This document shows positions 48,687 to 58,879 of a stretch of DNA of 64,000 nt, piece by piece. Location of the stretch: the NCBI GenBank assembly GCA_963668315.1, contig OY764216.1:5504001-5568000 (forward strand). Reading direction: 5' to 3'. Positions within the stretch are counted from its first letter, which is position 1. Each line of letters begins with the position of its first letter. The position numbers and the translations under genes are program-made. The notes under the pieces were generated by a model that was not told the DNA's origin, searched no databases, and worked only from the letters and a program-made list of their open reading frames with translations. This stretch comes from Spirochaetia bacterium (GTDB lineage Bacteria > Spirochaetota > Spirochaetia > DSM-2461).

Positions 48687-48985
48687 AGCACTTCTCCCTC
48701 AAACCGAGACCACCTATGACCGCCTTGAGACGCGGAAGCGTCTCGCAGATGGGAAGTATACCGCAGCAGGTACGCTTCACCAAGGTCGGCATCCCGCCCG
48801 ATCGCGGGACGAACGTCTACCTACCTGCCGTCGGCGGCGCGGCAACGGAAGGCGAAATGCGAATCATGGGATGTTCCCTTGTCGGCGTGAGTGGGGTAGG
48901 ATCGTGCACTGGCCGTTCGAATCGTGTCGCACGGATTGTACCGTGCTCGCTCCGGCTCCCTCAAGGACCCAAGAGGACAAACGCC

Positions 48986-50170
48986 ATGCCGCAAGCCGCG
49001 GTCACCCTGGGATTGGACGTCCTCCTGCAAGATCCACCGCCGATCCTCGCAGGGGCAAGGTTCGGCCTGCTGATGAACCAGGCCTCGGTGGATTCCCACT
49101 GCCGCTACGCCTGCGACGTGCTGGGCGAACGATTTCCCGGGCAATTGGCCGCGTTGTTCTCGCCTCAGCACGGCCTGTGGTGCGAAGAACAGGACAACAT
49201 GATCGAGACCGGTCACAGCGTCTACGGGCCGCTCGGCATCCCGATCCACAGCCTCTACAGCGAGACTCGCCGTCCCACGCCCGAAATGCTCGCCGGTCTC
49301 GATTGCCTGCTCATCGACCTGCAGGATGTGGGAACCCGGGTGTATACGTTCATCTGGACCGTTTCCCATTGCCTGGAGGCCTGTGTGGAGGCCGGGATCC
49401 CGGTGGTCGTTCTGGATCGGCCCAATCCGCTCGGCGGCGAGATCTGCGAGGGGCCGTTGCTGGAACACGGTTTCACCAGTTTCATCGGGCGGGCGGCCGT
49501 GCCCATGCGTCACGGGCTGACCCTCGGCGAAATGGCCCTGCTGACGAATGACCTGCTCGGGATCGGGGCGGACGTGCAGGTCGTGCCCCTGCAAGGCTGG
49601 CGGCGTGGGATGGTTTGGCAGGAAACCGGCTGCCCGTGGGTGATGCCGTCGCCGAACATGCCGCGACTGGAAACGGCCGTGGTTTACCCCGGCCAGGTGC
49701 TGGTGGAGGGAACGACCCTTTCCGAAGGCCGGGGAACGACGACGCCGTTCGAGCTTGTCGGAGCGCCGTACATCGAGCCGGAACGACTGGCGGCGGCGCT
49801 GGCTGACTACGACACGCCCGGGCTGACGATCCGTCCGGTCCGCTTTCGGCCGACTTTCAATAAGTGGGCCGACGAGAGTTGCGGCGGCGTGGCCCTGCAC
49901 TTTGCCGACGCCGCGGCCGTCCGATCCTACGCAACCACCGTGGCGATCTTTGCCTGTCTGCGTTCGTTCTACGGGGAGCAGTTCGCCTGGCTGCCGCCGC
50001 CCTACGAATACGAAGAGACTCTCATGCCAATCGACATCCTCTCGGGCAGCAGCCGACTGCGCGAGGCAATCGACGCCGGACGGACCTCGCCGGGCGACGT
50101 CGCGCAGCTTGCCGAGTTGCACGCAGACCCGTGGTGGGAGCAGGCGGGGCCGTATCGGCTGTATGACTGA
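48986..50170 (+). CDS. namZ: DUF1343 exo-beta-N-acetylmuramidase NamZ family
   Basis: LFSPQHG, SLY, DLQDVGTRVYTF, LDRPNP, RHGLTLGE, PSPNMP, SEGRGT..PF. Confidence 0.9.
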   Translation: MPQAAVTLGLDVLLQDPPPILAGARFGLLMNQASVDSHCRYACDVLGERFPGQLAALFSPQHGLWCEEQDNMIETGHSVYGPLGIPIHSLYSETRRPTPEMLAGLDCLLIDLQDVGTRVYTFIWTVSHCLEACVEAGIPVVVLDRPNPLGGEICEGPLLEHGFTSFIGRAAVPMRHGLTLGEMALLTNDLLGIGADVQVVPLQGWRRGMVWQETGCPWVMPSPNMPRLETAVVYPGQVLVEGTTLSEGRGTTTPFELVGAPYIEPERLAAALADYDTPGLTIRPVRFRPTFNKWADESCGGVALHFADAAAVRSYATTVAIFACLRSFYGEQFAWLPPPYEYEETLMPIDILSGSSRLREAIDAGRTSPGDVAQLAELHADPWWEQAGPYRLYD

Positions 50171-50309
50171 CAGTTGCCTTACGGCATGGACAGTTATCAG
50201 GCCCGGGATGCCGAAGTCGGCGGTATGCAGCATGGACCGCTTGCGGCAATCCCGCTAGAATAGCAATGGACAGTTGCTTCGTTCCTCCCCCAATTATGAG
50301 GAAACGATC

Positions 50310-50582
50310 ATGGATACTACAGAACGCCGATTCAGCAAAGAAGAGTTTGCTGACCGCGGAGATGCAATCTACGAGGGTGAGGTGCGTCCGCACCTGTCGA
50401 GCGACGACGACGGCAAGTTCGCGGCGATCGATATCGAAACCGGGGCCTACGAGATCGACCTTGACGAACTGGGGGCGTGCGATCGCTTGCGTGCGAGAGT
50501 GCCCAACGCACAGATTTGGATGGTGCGAATTGGCTCGCGTCACGTCCATCGATTTGGAACGCGACCACGGAGCACGCCATGA
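50310..50582 (+). CDS. Small hypothetical protein (DUF5678-like)
   Basis: RG..IY....RP....GKFAAIDIETG.YEI..RIG; ATGA overlap with next gene. Confidence 0.75.
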   Translation: MDTTERRFSKEEFADRGDAIYEGEVRPHLSSDDDGKFAAIDIETGAYEIDLDELGACDRLRARVPNAQIWMVRIGSRHVHRFGTRPRSTP

Positions 50583-50944
50583 TCACCGGTGTGGTGAAAT
50601 CTGACGAGGCGTGCATTCGACTGAAGGTCAACGGAACTCGGGGAGAGCAGGAATTCGAGGCAGTAATCGACACCGGTTACACTGGGGCGTTGACGTTGCC
50701 GCCCAAATGGGTCACGGCGCTCGGATTGAAGTGGCAGAGTGTCGACCGGGGTACACTGGCTGACGGTAGCGAATGTCTCATCGATGTGTACGAGGCCGCC
50801 GTGGTGTGGGACGGAAGGCCGCGTCGAATTCTCGTTGATGAGACAGACACGGCGCCGTTGATCGGGATGGGGCTGTTGAACGGCTACGAACTGAGAATCC
50901 AGGTTCGGCCAAACGGCAGAGTAACCATCATCCCGCTTTCTTGA
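50579..50944 (+). CDS. Clan AA (retropepsin-like) aspartic protease
   Basis: AVIDTGYTG, TLADG, PLIGMGLL. Confidence 0.9.
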   Translation: MITGVVKSDEACIRLKVNGTRGEQEFEAVIDTGYTGALTLPPKWVTALGLKWQSVDRGTLADGSECLIDVYEAAVVWDGRPRRILVDETDTAPLIGMGLLNGYELRIQVRPNGRVTIIPLS

Positions 50945-51063
50945 TCCCACGGGCCTGTTCTCCGCATAGTCACCGTCCTGCTTCGGCGCCGATGCCTGAT
51001 GAGCAAGCGTGCAAGGCTGCGTCTTGTGTTTGTGAGCGCTTGGGGGAACCAAGTCTTCGCCAC

Positions 51064-51088
51064 AAAAAAAGGGGCCCGAAGGCCCCTT
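51064..51088 (-). terminator. Rho-independent terminator of the DUF1598 gene
   Basis: AAGGGGCC-CGAA-GGCCCCTT stem with A7 (U-tract on minus strand), about 30 nt past the stop. Confidence 0.85.
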
Positions 51089-51116
51089 GGGATCAGTCAA
51101 GATTCTCGCGATTCGA

Positions 51117-52466
51117 TCAGTTCGACCACCACGAGCCGGCGGCCATGGCGATCTGGCTGCGGAGTTGGGCCAGGTCGGCCTTCACTTCGGTGCGTTCGAC
51201 GATTTCCCAGGGATTCACCTGGACGCCGCCGCAGGCGATGACCCAGCCGCGATTCTTCTGGGCAAAGGTGGCTTTGCTGGCCACGTGGCGGGGCGCCGCC
51301 ATCTGGGCAGTCGCCTGCTCTCGCATGAGCATGGGCAATTCGCATTGGGCCTTGGCCCGGAGATCCTTGCGGACGATCAACGCAGCGGCCACCGCCAGAT
51401 CCATGCAGCCCTGAAGCTGTCCGAAGACGGGTTCCGCTACGGAGAGGTCGCTGTAGCAGGCGGTCATCGTCTCGGCCCACTTGCGGGAGAGCGGATCCGA
51501 CTTGCCCGTGTGGGTGCGTCCGCCGTCAGCCGTGAACACGTCGTTCTCGGTCATCGTTTTGACGCCGGAGTCGGTGATCTGCCAGGCCAAGCCTTCCTGG
51601 TCGCCGAGAATCGTGCCGTAGTTCGGTTCCATCCACCAGCGGGGCATCGTGTTAGCGCCGCGGCTGGAAGAACGCATCATTTCCACGAAACTCGGAAGCT
51701 GGCGGACGGGGGAGGGCGTGAGGCCCATGCCGATCTGCTTCATCCGGTAATCGGCAGCGACCATGACGCCGGCGAAATGGCTGTCGGCCGGGACACCACC
51801 GACGGTGATTTCCTGGGGGCCGAGAGCCGCTTCCAGGGCCGCAGCTGCCTGCCGCGGATCGGACGAGCGGCTCTTCATGCGTTGGACCCGTTCACGTCCC
51901 GCTTCGCTCGGGTCGATGGAGCAGGAGATGACGGAGGGGGAGGGAGAGCTGACGGCCCGAAGGGCGACCAGCAGGTCGTCGAGAAGGAGGACCGGTTTGC
52001 CTGTGGTCTCGCCGACGACCGTTCCGTCAGCGGCAACCTTCCATCCCTCGGCCGGGCCGACGAGGATGATGTCGTTCTGCTCGGGGCAGGCGAAAACGTA
52101 CTGGATCTTCTGCAAACCAGCCAGGCACTGGACCGCGTCCGGGATCGGAGTCCCGGCGGCCGCACATTCGCGGAGAGCGGCGTCGATTCCCTTGAGCGAG
52201 ACTTTTCGGGTCTGGCATTTCCCGGCCAAATCGGCGGGCACCTTGGCGAGAGCGTCGAGAGCGTCTCGCTGAATCTGACCTCGCTCTGCCACCGTGGCAT
52301 TTCGGATCATGCCGTCCAAGTCGAACTTCACGCCCCCAACGGATCGCGAGTTCGAGAAGACTTGGGCCTGAACCGTCGGAGTCAGCACAACGGCCACCGC
52401 CAAAACGAGCACGGCCACAGCCGCTCGGCGCGCGGTACGGGCGAAGGCAGATGTACGCAACAACAT
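51117..52466 (-). CDS. DUF1598-domain secreted protein
   Basis: VGGV..D.DG, RKVSL, DIILVGPAEGW, L.LDDLLVALR, CSIDP, V.ADYRMK; AGGAG RBS. Confidence 0.85.
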   Translation of the reverse strand: MLLRTSAFARTARRAAVAVLVLAVAVVLTPTVQAQVFSNSRSVGGVKFDLDGMIRNATVAERGQIQRDALDALAKVPADLAGKCQTRKVSLKGIDAALRECAAAGTPIPDAVQCLAGLQKIQYVFACPEQNDIILVGPAEGWKVAADGTVVGETTGKPVLLLDDLLVALRAVSSPSPSVISCSIDPSEAGRERVQRMKSRSSDPRQAAAALEAALGPQEITVGGVPADSHFAGVMVAADYRMKQIGMGLTPSPVRQLPSFVEMMRSSSRGANTMPRWWMEPNYGTILGDQEGLAWQITDSGVKTMTENDVFTADGGRTHTGKSDPLSRKWAETMTACYSDLSVAEPVFGQLQGCMDLAVAAALIVRKDLRAKAQCELPMLMREQATAQMAAPRHVASKATFAQKNRGWVIACGGVQVNPWEIVERTEVKADLAQLRSQIAMAAGSWWSN

Positions 52467-52992
52467 AACGCTTCTCCTGACAAGGTCGGAAATCGTGGGG
52501 TCGTTCTGCGTGGGGTATGCCGTCACAGCATGACCCCCAACGGAACCAATTCGCCTTCCGCAACCCGCGGGAATTCAGAGAGCAAGGCCGCGCAAACGAA
52601 TCCGATTGATGAAACAGCGTAAAATACAGAATAATTCGGCTCGCCAAGCATTGCAAGGAAACGGTCGTCAAACCGTCCCCCCTGGCGAACGGTGGCTCTG
52701 GCCTCGTAAGGATTTTACCGAATTTGCACGGGGGGGTGCGTCGGATCGACGCGACTTGGGGTCCGGCTGCTTGCCATAACCCACGATTTCCGGATAAGTT
52801 AGGAATAGAGGGCACGCGTTCGAAGGATGTGTGGGGACCCGGCCAGGGTGGGGTTCCCAGCTGGTTGCTGCCATTTCCGCCGACGACCGCCGAGAGCGAT
52901 CCGGCGGAAATCAGGCGCAGGGTGGACCGCTCAATTGGATTTCGCGATCCTCGGACGTTGTTGTTTACTACCTGGAGAGGTCAATCGATTCC

Positions 52993-55071
52993 GTGGTCAC
53001 TGAACTTGCCTATTTGGTCATTCGAGAAGGCGCGAAGTGGACCGATGTGTTTCGGCTCGTTCCTGGCCACTCGGTCACGGTGGGGCGGGCCCCAACCAAC
53101 CAGATCGTTCTGAAAGACGAACGGTGCAGTCGAGCCCACGCCGAGTTCTTCATGACCAACGGTCGCTGGACGATCCGCGACCTGGACAGCCGCAACGGAA
53201 CGGCGGTAGGCGAGAATCTCCTTAAGGGAGACTGGCTGCTCAAGCCGGGCGACATCATCCGGATCGGTCGCTCCCAACTCGTATTCGTCCACAATTTGAG
53301 CGAGGCCTTCTCCGATTCGAGCACCTCGCTTCGCCAACCCGACGTCTCCCATGAAGAGGGAACGATCGACATCGGGGCGCGAGGTGTGGCGGACGATGAG
53401 AGCGAATACGAGCCCACTACGATCACGCACCGTCGTGGTCAGACGCGTTTTCTGGAGTCGGCTCCGCTGGAAATCGAGGCGGAGCAGGAGCAAGCGACTC
53501 CCATTGACACCATTGGACGCGCGGCCGCCAAGCTCTGCCGCCTCGCCTTTGAACTCGGAAAGGCCCCGTCCATCGAGAACGTGGCCATGCTGGCCCTGGA
53601 CGGGCTTTTTGAGACAACCCAGGTTGATGCAGGTGCCGTTCTCCTCCTGCCTCGCGATTTCCAGGGCGAAGGAACCGCCGCCGATCTTGAAATCGTGGCC
53701 TCCCACACGACCTCCGAACGGCGCTACCATCGTGTGGCGGGGTTCCTGGCCTCCACGGTGATGCGCGAGGGAGAGGCGGTCCTGGCACGAAACGTCCTCG
53801 GCGACAGCGCCCTTGGCAGTCGCGACAGCAAGGGGATCATCCACACGACCAGCGTGATCTGCGCGCCCATTCGCCAGGCGGACCGAATTCTGGGCCTGAT
53901 CCACCTGTACTCGACCAACGAAGCCCTGGCCCCCGAACCGGAAGATCTGGAATTCACGCTCGCGGTGGCCGATACGGTTGCCGTGGCCATCAACAACGTT
54001 TTACGCCGGGAGGAACTGGCGGAGAACCTGACCCAGGTTCGCGATGAGAACGTTCGTCTGCGTGAACAACTCGGCGTGCAGAGCGAGATTGTGGGCAGCA
54101 GTCGCGTCGTTCGCCAGATCACGGAGGAGATTGCCCGGGCCGCCGCCAGCAAGGCGACGCTCCTCATTCGGGGCGAAAGCGGCGTCGGCAAGGAGTTGGT
54201 TGCCCGGGCCGTCCACTACTCAAGCCAACGGAGCAAGAACTCCTTTGTCTGCCTGAACTGTGCGGCCCTTTCCGAAGACCTTCTTGCGAGCGAACTTTTC
54301 GGCCACGAGCGGGGCGCCTTCACGGGCGCCACCGACCGGAAGATCGGCAAGTTCGAGGCGGCGAACCTCGGCACGCTCATGCTTGACGAAATCGGCGAAA
54401 TGAGCCCCAACATCCAGGCCAAGTTCCTGCGAGTCCTGGAAGGGCACCCCTTCGAACGCGTCGGCGGCAGCAAGCCGATCACGGTCGACGTTCGCGTTAT
54501 CGCCGCCACGAACCGTGACCTGGAAAAGGAAGTTGCCGCGGGCCGTTTCCGCCACGACCTGTTCTTCCGCCTCCGCGTTCTGGAAATCATCGTGGCTCCC
54601 CTTCGCCGACGACCGGAAGACATCCTGGAACTGGCCCAGCATTTTCTCGAGAAATTCCGCCTGGAAACGGGGCGCAAGATCGAGGGATTCAGTCCCGGCG
54701 CCATCCAGCAGATCAGCTCCTATCGCTGGCCCGGCAATGTGCGCGAACTGAAGAACGTTGTCGAGCGAGCCGTTGTCCTTTGCAGCAGTTCGCAGATCGA
54801 GCCGGGAGACCTCCTCCTCTCCAACCTGGCGACAACCGGGGACACGACGGAAGTCAAGCCTGCTGAAATCGTCTATCGGCCCTGTTCGCTTTCCGACATG
54901 GAACGTCGGCACATCCTGGAAACACTCTACCACGCCGGCTGGAACAAAAGTCGTTCCGCCACGATTCTCGGCATCGAACGGTCCACGCTGGATCGGAAAA
55001 TCCGCCGCTACGGGCTGGACAAGTACCGCACGGACTCCGGCCCGGACAACTCGGACGTCAACGGAAACTGA
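52993..55071 (+). CDS. FHA-GAF-sigma54 activator (AAA+) with Fis-type HTH
   Basis: [15 protein letters not shown] (FHA); SVICAPI (GAF); [30 protein letters not shown]. Confidence 0.93.
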   Translation: MVTELAYLVIREGAKWTDVFRLVPGHSVTVGRAPTNQIVLKDERCSRAHAEFFMTNGRWTIRDLDSRNGTAVGENLLKGDWLLKPGDIIRIGRSQLVFVHNLSEAFSDSSTSLRQPDVSHEEGTIDIGARGVADDESEYEPTTITHRRGQTRFLESAPLEIEAEQEQATPIDTIGRAAAKLCRLAFELGKAPSIENVAMLALDGLFETTQVDAGAVLLLPRDFQGEGTAADLEIVASHTTSERRYHRVAGFLASTVMREGEAVLARNVLGDSALGSRDSKGIIHTTSVICAPIRQADRILGLIHLYSTNEALAPEPEDLEFTLAVADTVAVAINNVLRREELAENLTQVRDENVRLREQLGVQSEIVGSSRVVRQITEEIARAAASKATLLIRGESGVGKELVARAVHYSSQRSKNSFVCLNCAALSEDLLASELFGHERGAFTGATDRKIGKFEAANLGTLMLDEIGEMSPNIQAKFLRVLEGHPFERVGGSKPITVDVRVIAATNRDLEKEVAAGRFRHDLFFRLRVLEIIVAPLRRRPEDILELAQHFLEKFRLETGRKIEGFSPGAIQQISSYRWPGNVRELKNVVERAVVLCSSSQIEPGDLLLSNLATTGDTTEVKPAEIVYRPCSLSDMERRHILETLYHAGWNKSRSATILGIERSTLDRKIRRYGLDKYRTDSGPDNSDVNGN

Positions 55072-55093
55072 TGCTCCCGAGAAGGGAAATGGG

Positions 55094-56512
55094 TCAGCCC
55101 AGGTCGAAGCCGAAATAGCCGGCCGCATTATGGTAGCAGACGTCCTGGACCATGGGGCCGATCAGGTCGAAATCGGCCGGGAGCAGGCCCTGCTCCATCT
55201 CGCGCCCGAGAAGGTTGCAGAGGATGCGGCGGAAGTACTCGTGCCGCGTGTAGGAGAGGAACGAGCGGCTGTCGGTGAGCATGCCCACGAAGAGGCTCAA
55301 GAGCCCCTGGTTCGACAGAACCTCGATCTGGCGTTCCATGCCGTCTTTCTGATCCAGGAACCACCAGCCGCTGCCGAACTGCATCTTGCCGGCCGTGACC
55401 CCGTCCTGGAAGTTGCCGATCATGGTTCCCAACACGTCGTTCATCGTGGGATTGAGATTGTACAGGATCGTCTTGGCCAGTCGATCTTCCCGGTCCAGCC
55501 GGTCGAGGAAGTGGGAAAGGGGTTGCGCCACGAGCCAGTCGCCCATGGAGTCGAAGCCGGCATCGGGACCCAGTTTCTCGAAGAAACGGGTGTTGTTGTT
55601 CCGCATGGCGCCCATGTGGAACTGCTGGGTCCAGCCCTTCTCGTGGTCCATGAGAGCGAACTCGTAGAGCATGGTCATCTTGAACTTCCGCACCTCGTCG
55701 ACCGAGAGGTCGCCTCCGGTGCGGACCTTCTGGAAGATGGCCTGCATCTCCGCTTCGGTTCCGTAGTCGTCAAAGAACGTGTCGAGTCCGTGGTCGGAAA
55801 GCCGGCCGCCCACGGCGTGGAAGTGGTCGTGGCGAGCGCGGATGGCCTCCATGAACGTCGTGTAGTCCTTGATGTCGATGTCGGCCGCCTCGGCAAGCCG
55901 GTCCACCCACGGATTGAAGATCGAGGGGTTGTCCACGGCCATCCCCTTGTCCGGCCGGAAGGTCGGCAGGACGAGGATGTTGAACGACGGGTCGGCGGCG
56001 ATGGCCTGGTGGTGCTCCAGCGTGTCGCAGGGATCGTCCGTCGTGCAGACGGCCACGACGTTCATTTGCTGCATGATCCCGCGGCAGGAGAAGTCTTCCT
56101 GGGCCAGCATCGCGCCGGCCTCGTCCCAGATCCCTTGGGCCGTTTCGGGGCTGAGCAGGCGATCGTTGATTCCGAAGGGACGATTCAGTTCCAGGTGGGT
56201 CCAGTGGTAGAGCGGATTGCGGAGCGTGCGGGGGACGGTTTCCGACCACTTGGCGAATTTTTCCCAATCGGAGGCGTCACCCGTGCAATAGCGTTCGGCC
56301 ACGCCGGCGGCCCGCATAGCCCTCCATTTGTAGTGGTCGCCGTAGAGCCAGATCTGGGCGAGGTTTTCGAAGCGATGATCCGCGGCGACCTGCTCGGGAG
56401 GCAGGTGGCAATGGTAATCGATGATCGGCATGTCCCGAGCGAAATCGTGGTAGAGGCGGACGGCGGAGTCGCTCTGGAGCAGAAAATTCTCGGAGATGAA
56501 GGGAGTTGCCAC
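55094..56512 (-). CDS. uxaC: Glucuronate (uronate) isomerase
   Basis: PIIDYHCHL, GDHYKWRAMR, NPLYHW, CTTDDP, GSGWWF, GMLTDSRSFLSYTRHEYFRR. Confidence 0.97.
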   Translation of the reverse strand: MATPFISENFLLQSDSAVRLYHDFARDMPIIDYHCHLPPEQVAADHRFENLAQIWLYGDHYKWRAMRAAGVAERYCTGDASDWEKFAKWSETVPRTLRNPLYHWTHLELNRPFGINDRLLSPETAQGIWDEAGAMLAQEDFSCRGIMQQMNVVAVCTTDDPCDTLEHHQAIAADPSFNILVLPTFRPDKGMAVDNPSIFNPWVDRLAEAADIDIKDYTTFMEAIRARHDHFHAVGGRLSDHGLDTFFDDYGTEAEMQAIFQKVRTGGDLSVDEVRKFKMTMLYEFALMDHEKGWTQQFHMGAMRNNNTRFFEKLGPDAGFDSMGDWLVAQPLSHFLDRLDREDRLAKTILYNLNPTMNDVLGTMIGNFQDGVTAGKMQFGSGWWFLDQKDGMERQIEVLSNQGLLSLFVGMLTDSRSFLSYTRHEYFRRILCNLLGREMEQGLLPADFDLIGPMVQDVCYHNAAGYFGFDLG

Positions 56513-56677
56513 GGCTCTATTGGTTCCCGTTTGGGTGCAGATGGACGGACATCGCCCTCGCCCTCGAAGGCACAGGCCGTGGGCAGAGGAAGACAATGAA
56601 AGGGATCAGTTTACCAGTCCCGAGCTTTCTTGGCCATGTTCTCGGAGCACGCCCGGACAGGCCATCGGCATGGATAT

Positions 56678-56872
56678 TTTGGCCGAAGGCCTTTCCTCAC
56701 CGTAGCCTGGGGCACCGCCCCAGGAATTGCCACAGTGCGACGTTTGGCCGAAGGCCCTATTCAACCCTCATGAGATGGGAGACGTGAATATGGCCGTTGG
56801 CCAAACGGATGGCTACGCCTGAATTCCTGGGGCGATGCCCCAGGCTACGGTGAACGTAGGCCTTCGGCCAAA
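56678..56872. repeat. 195-bp composite palindromic REP/BIME-like element
   Basis: TTTGGCCGAAGGCC ... GGCCTTCGGCCAAA termini; two inverted GTAGCCTGGGGCANCGCCCCAGG units; inner inverted TTTGGCC.A.GGCC.TATTCA pair. Confidence 0.88.
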
Positions 56873-56953
56873 CATAACCGTGTTATCACGGAGGATCTTG
56901 CGTCGATTCGCCATCAGCACCCATCCCTATTCGGGCAGGGGGGTGGGGATCGC

Positions 56954-57541
56954 TTAGGGGAGGGCCTGGGGCGTGGGAATCGCCTCGCTGGGAAGCGGCG
57001 CCGGGACAAGAACCGGTACGGGAATGGTCTCGGCCGAGTCCTGAGAAATGGCAGTTCCGCCGTAGCCGGCGTCCGAGGTTTGGTCCGAGGCGTAGAGCGG
57101 CTCGTAGACGTAGCTATTGGAACTGGTCCAGGTCTTGCGGTGACCGGTCGGCTGCTCGATAGGCGCCGGATTCGGATTCAGGTAGGGCAAGACAGGGACG
57201 ACCTTGCCGCCGCTGGGATAGGCGTAGCCCGGGGCGGCTGGGAAGGGCAACTGATAGGGACTCTTGCTCAGTCGTCGTTCGTACCGTCGTTGGCCCCGTG
57301 CACGAAAAGGAACGGGAGGAGCCTGGTAATAGCCCGGGGCGTAGGTGCCGTACCACGTCATCAAGTCGTTCGCCTGCCGCTGTCGATCGATGGCTTGGAG
57401 CCGAGCCTGCTCACTTCGGGCATAGGCATCCCAACCGGCGGCCAGGGGACTGTGAATCTTGGCCTTGGCGATGACTTCCCCCCCGGAGGCGGCCACCGCG
57501 GTCATGGCAAGGACGATCGTAGCAAAGAAGAGCGGTTTCAT
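56954..57541 (-). CDS. Hypothetical secreted Pro/Tyr-rich protein
   Basis: Signal peptide MKPLFFATIVLAMTAVAA; PIEQPTGH....NSYVYEP.Y. Confidence 0.6.
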   Translation of the reverse strand: MKPLFFATIVLAMTAVAASGGEVIAKAKIHSPLAAGWDAYARSEQARLQAIDRQRQANDLMTWYGTYAPGYYQAPPVPFRARGQRRYERRLSKSPYQLPFPAAPGYAYPSGGKVVPVLPYLNPNPAPIEQPTGHRKTWTSSNSYVYEPLYASDQTSDAGYGGTAISQDSAETIPVPVLVPAPLPSEAIPTPQALP

Positions 57542-57753
57542 CGGATCGGGCCCTCGACGAATCATTCGAGCAGATATGCGTCAGGCGGCAGCACGCCGGC
57601 CTTGTTGCGAAATCGTCGGCACCGGCGCGTCTTTCCGAGAATTATATGCCTTTCCGTCACAGATTCCCGACGGCGCGAATTCTACCTGACGAGATTCTTT
57701 TCCGAAATCGGTCAGGTCGCTGGCAAGGTAGGAAGACCTGGGGGACAGGGCTG

Positions 57754-58545
57754 CTACGCCACGAGGTCCAGAAGGGTTCCTATGGTGCCGGCTTCCTCCG
57801 AGGCGCCGTATGCGGCTGCCGTGGCGTTTTGAGCCGGGTCCTGTTGGAGCATTTCCGCCCGAGCCTGGGCTTCCATCTGAGCGGCCGCAGCCGCAACCCG
57901 TTGATCCTGGCCGGAAGGCGAGGCCGGGGCACGAGCGGCCGCCTGGATCTGCTGGGCCTTGTCGATGGTGGCTTCGGGATCGCCCGGAATGGGTGAGGTG
58001 TCGATGCTCACCTCGCCCCCGACCGCATATTGGCGTCCGTCCGGCCCTTCCTGGTACTCGTAGGAGGGCCCGCCCTGGGCATAGGGGGCGGCGGCAGCCA
58101 AGTGGGCCTGTTCATGAGCACGCACTTCGCGATCGCGGCTCTGAAGCTCCTCGACTTGCTGTTGCTCTGCCTCGGTCAGTTCGACCCCCGGTTCGTCGGC
58201 GTCCTCCGCCGCGGCCTGCATCTCACCGTAAACCTGGCGATCCGCCTCTCCGGCATCGGCAACCGCAGGCTCCTCAGCGGTGACCGGCGTGGAGCTGTCG
58301 GTTTCCGAAACCACGCCGGGGGGCTGTGCGAGAAACGCATCGCCCGCTTCAGAAAGAGCGAGGGCCTGTTCGGAGAGGTCCAATTCGTCAACCGGCTGGG
58401 CTGCCGCGGCCTGCTGGGCCGCTCCCGCACAATCACAGCCTGTCCCCCCACAAGTAGCGCACGCCGTGGTCGCCGACGCTTGCTGCGTCGCCGCCAAATA
58501 GACGGGCGTGGTCGCAAAGGCTTGCAGGAAGGTGGGTTGGATCAT
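57754..58545 (-). CDS. SprA-related (putative metalloprotease) family protein
   Basis: RDREVRAHEQAH, GPDGRQYAVGGEV.ID, AARAPASPSGQD. Confidence 0.88.
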   Translation of the reverse strand: MIQPTFLQAFATTPVYLAATQQASATTACATCGGTGCDCAGAAQQAAAAQPVDELDLSEQALALSEAGDAFLAQPPGVVSETDSSTPVTAEEPAVADAGEADRQVYGEMQAAAEDADEPGVELTEAEQQQVEELQSRDREVRAHEQAHLAAAAPYAQGGPSYEYQEGPDGRQYAVGGEVSIDTSPIPGDPEATIDKAQQIQAAARAPASPSGQDQRVAAAAAQMEAQARAEMLQQDPAQNATAAAYGASEEAGTIGTLLDLVA

Positions 58546-58670
58546 TTTTCGGACAACTCGAACAGAAGAACGAGAATTCCTCGCTATCATACGTCGGCAA
58601 AACGACCCGTGCTTCTGCAGAACTGTCAAACTTTTACGGATCTGCGGGTTGGGCGGGAAATTGCCTGACA

Positions 58671-58746
58671 GGGGGACTGGTCCGATTTTCGGTCAGCAAG
58701 GTGCTTTGGCGAAGAGGCGACGCCCGAAAACTTGGACCCTTTCCCC
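58671..58746. repeat. REP-like hairpin element
   Basis: GGGGACTGGTCCGATTTTCGG ... CCGAAAACTTGGACCCTTTCCCC imperfect inverted repeat; second copy at 12745. Confidence 0.7.
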
Positions 58747-58823
58747 TTCCTTCACAACTTGGCTGTTCTGCTGCGAAGGATTCTCGCCGACTTCGGACAT
58801 AAGTGGGTAAGCTGTTGGGTGAA

Positions 58824-58848
58824 GGAACCTATCCGCCTTGCTCGCGTT
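58824..58848 (+). promoter_or_regulatory. ECF-sigma-type promoter GGAAC-N16-CGTT
   Basis: GGAAC at 58824-28, CGTT at 58845-48, 31 nt upstream of the ECF start. Confidence 0.65.
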
Positions 58849-58879
58849 GGGTCGAGGACAACCGCCTGGGAGATGCGCT

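Noticed and set aside
52470..52990. Sigma54 -24/-12 promoter near the FHA activator
   Set aside because: No convincing TGGCAC-N5-TTGC-like site found by eye
58585..58625. Sigma28-type promoter for the SprA-like gene
   Set aside because: GCCGACGT is only a partial -10 match, and the -35 and spacing are poor
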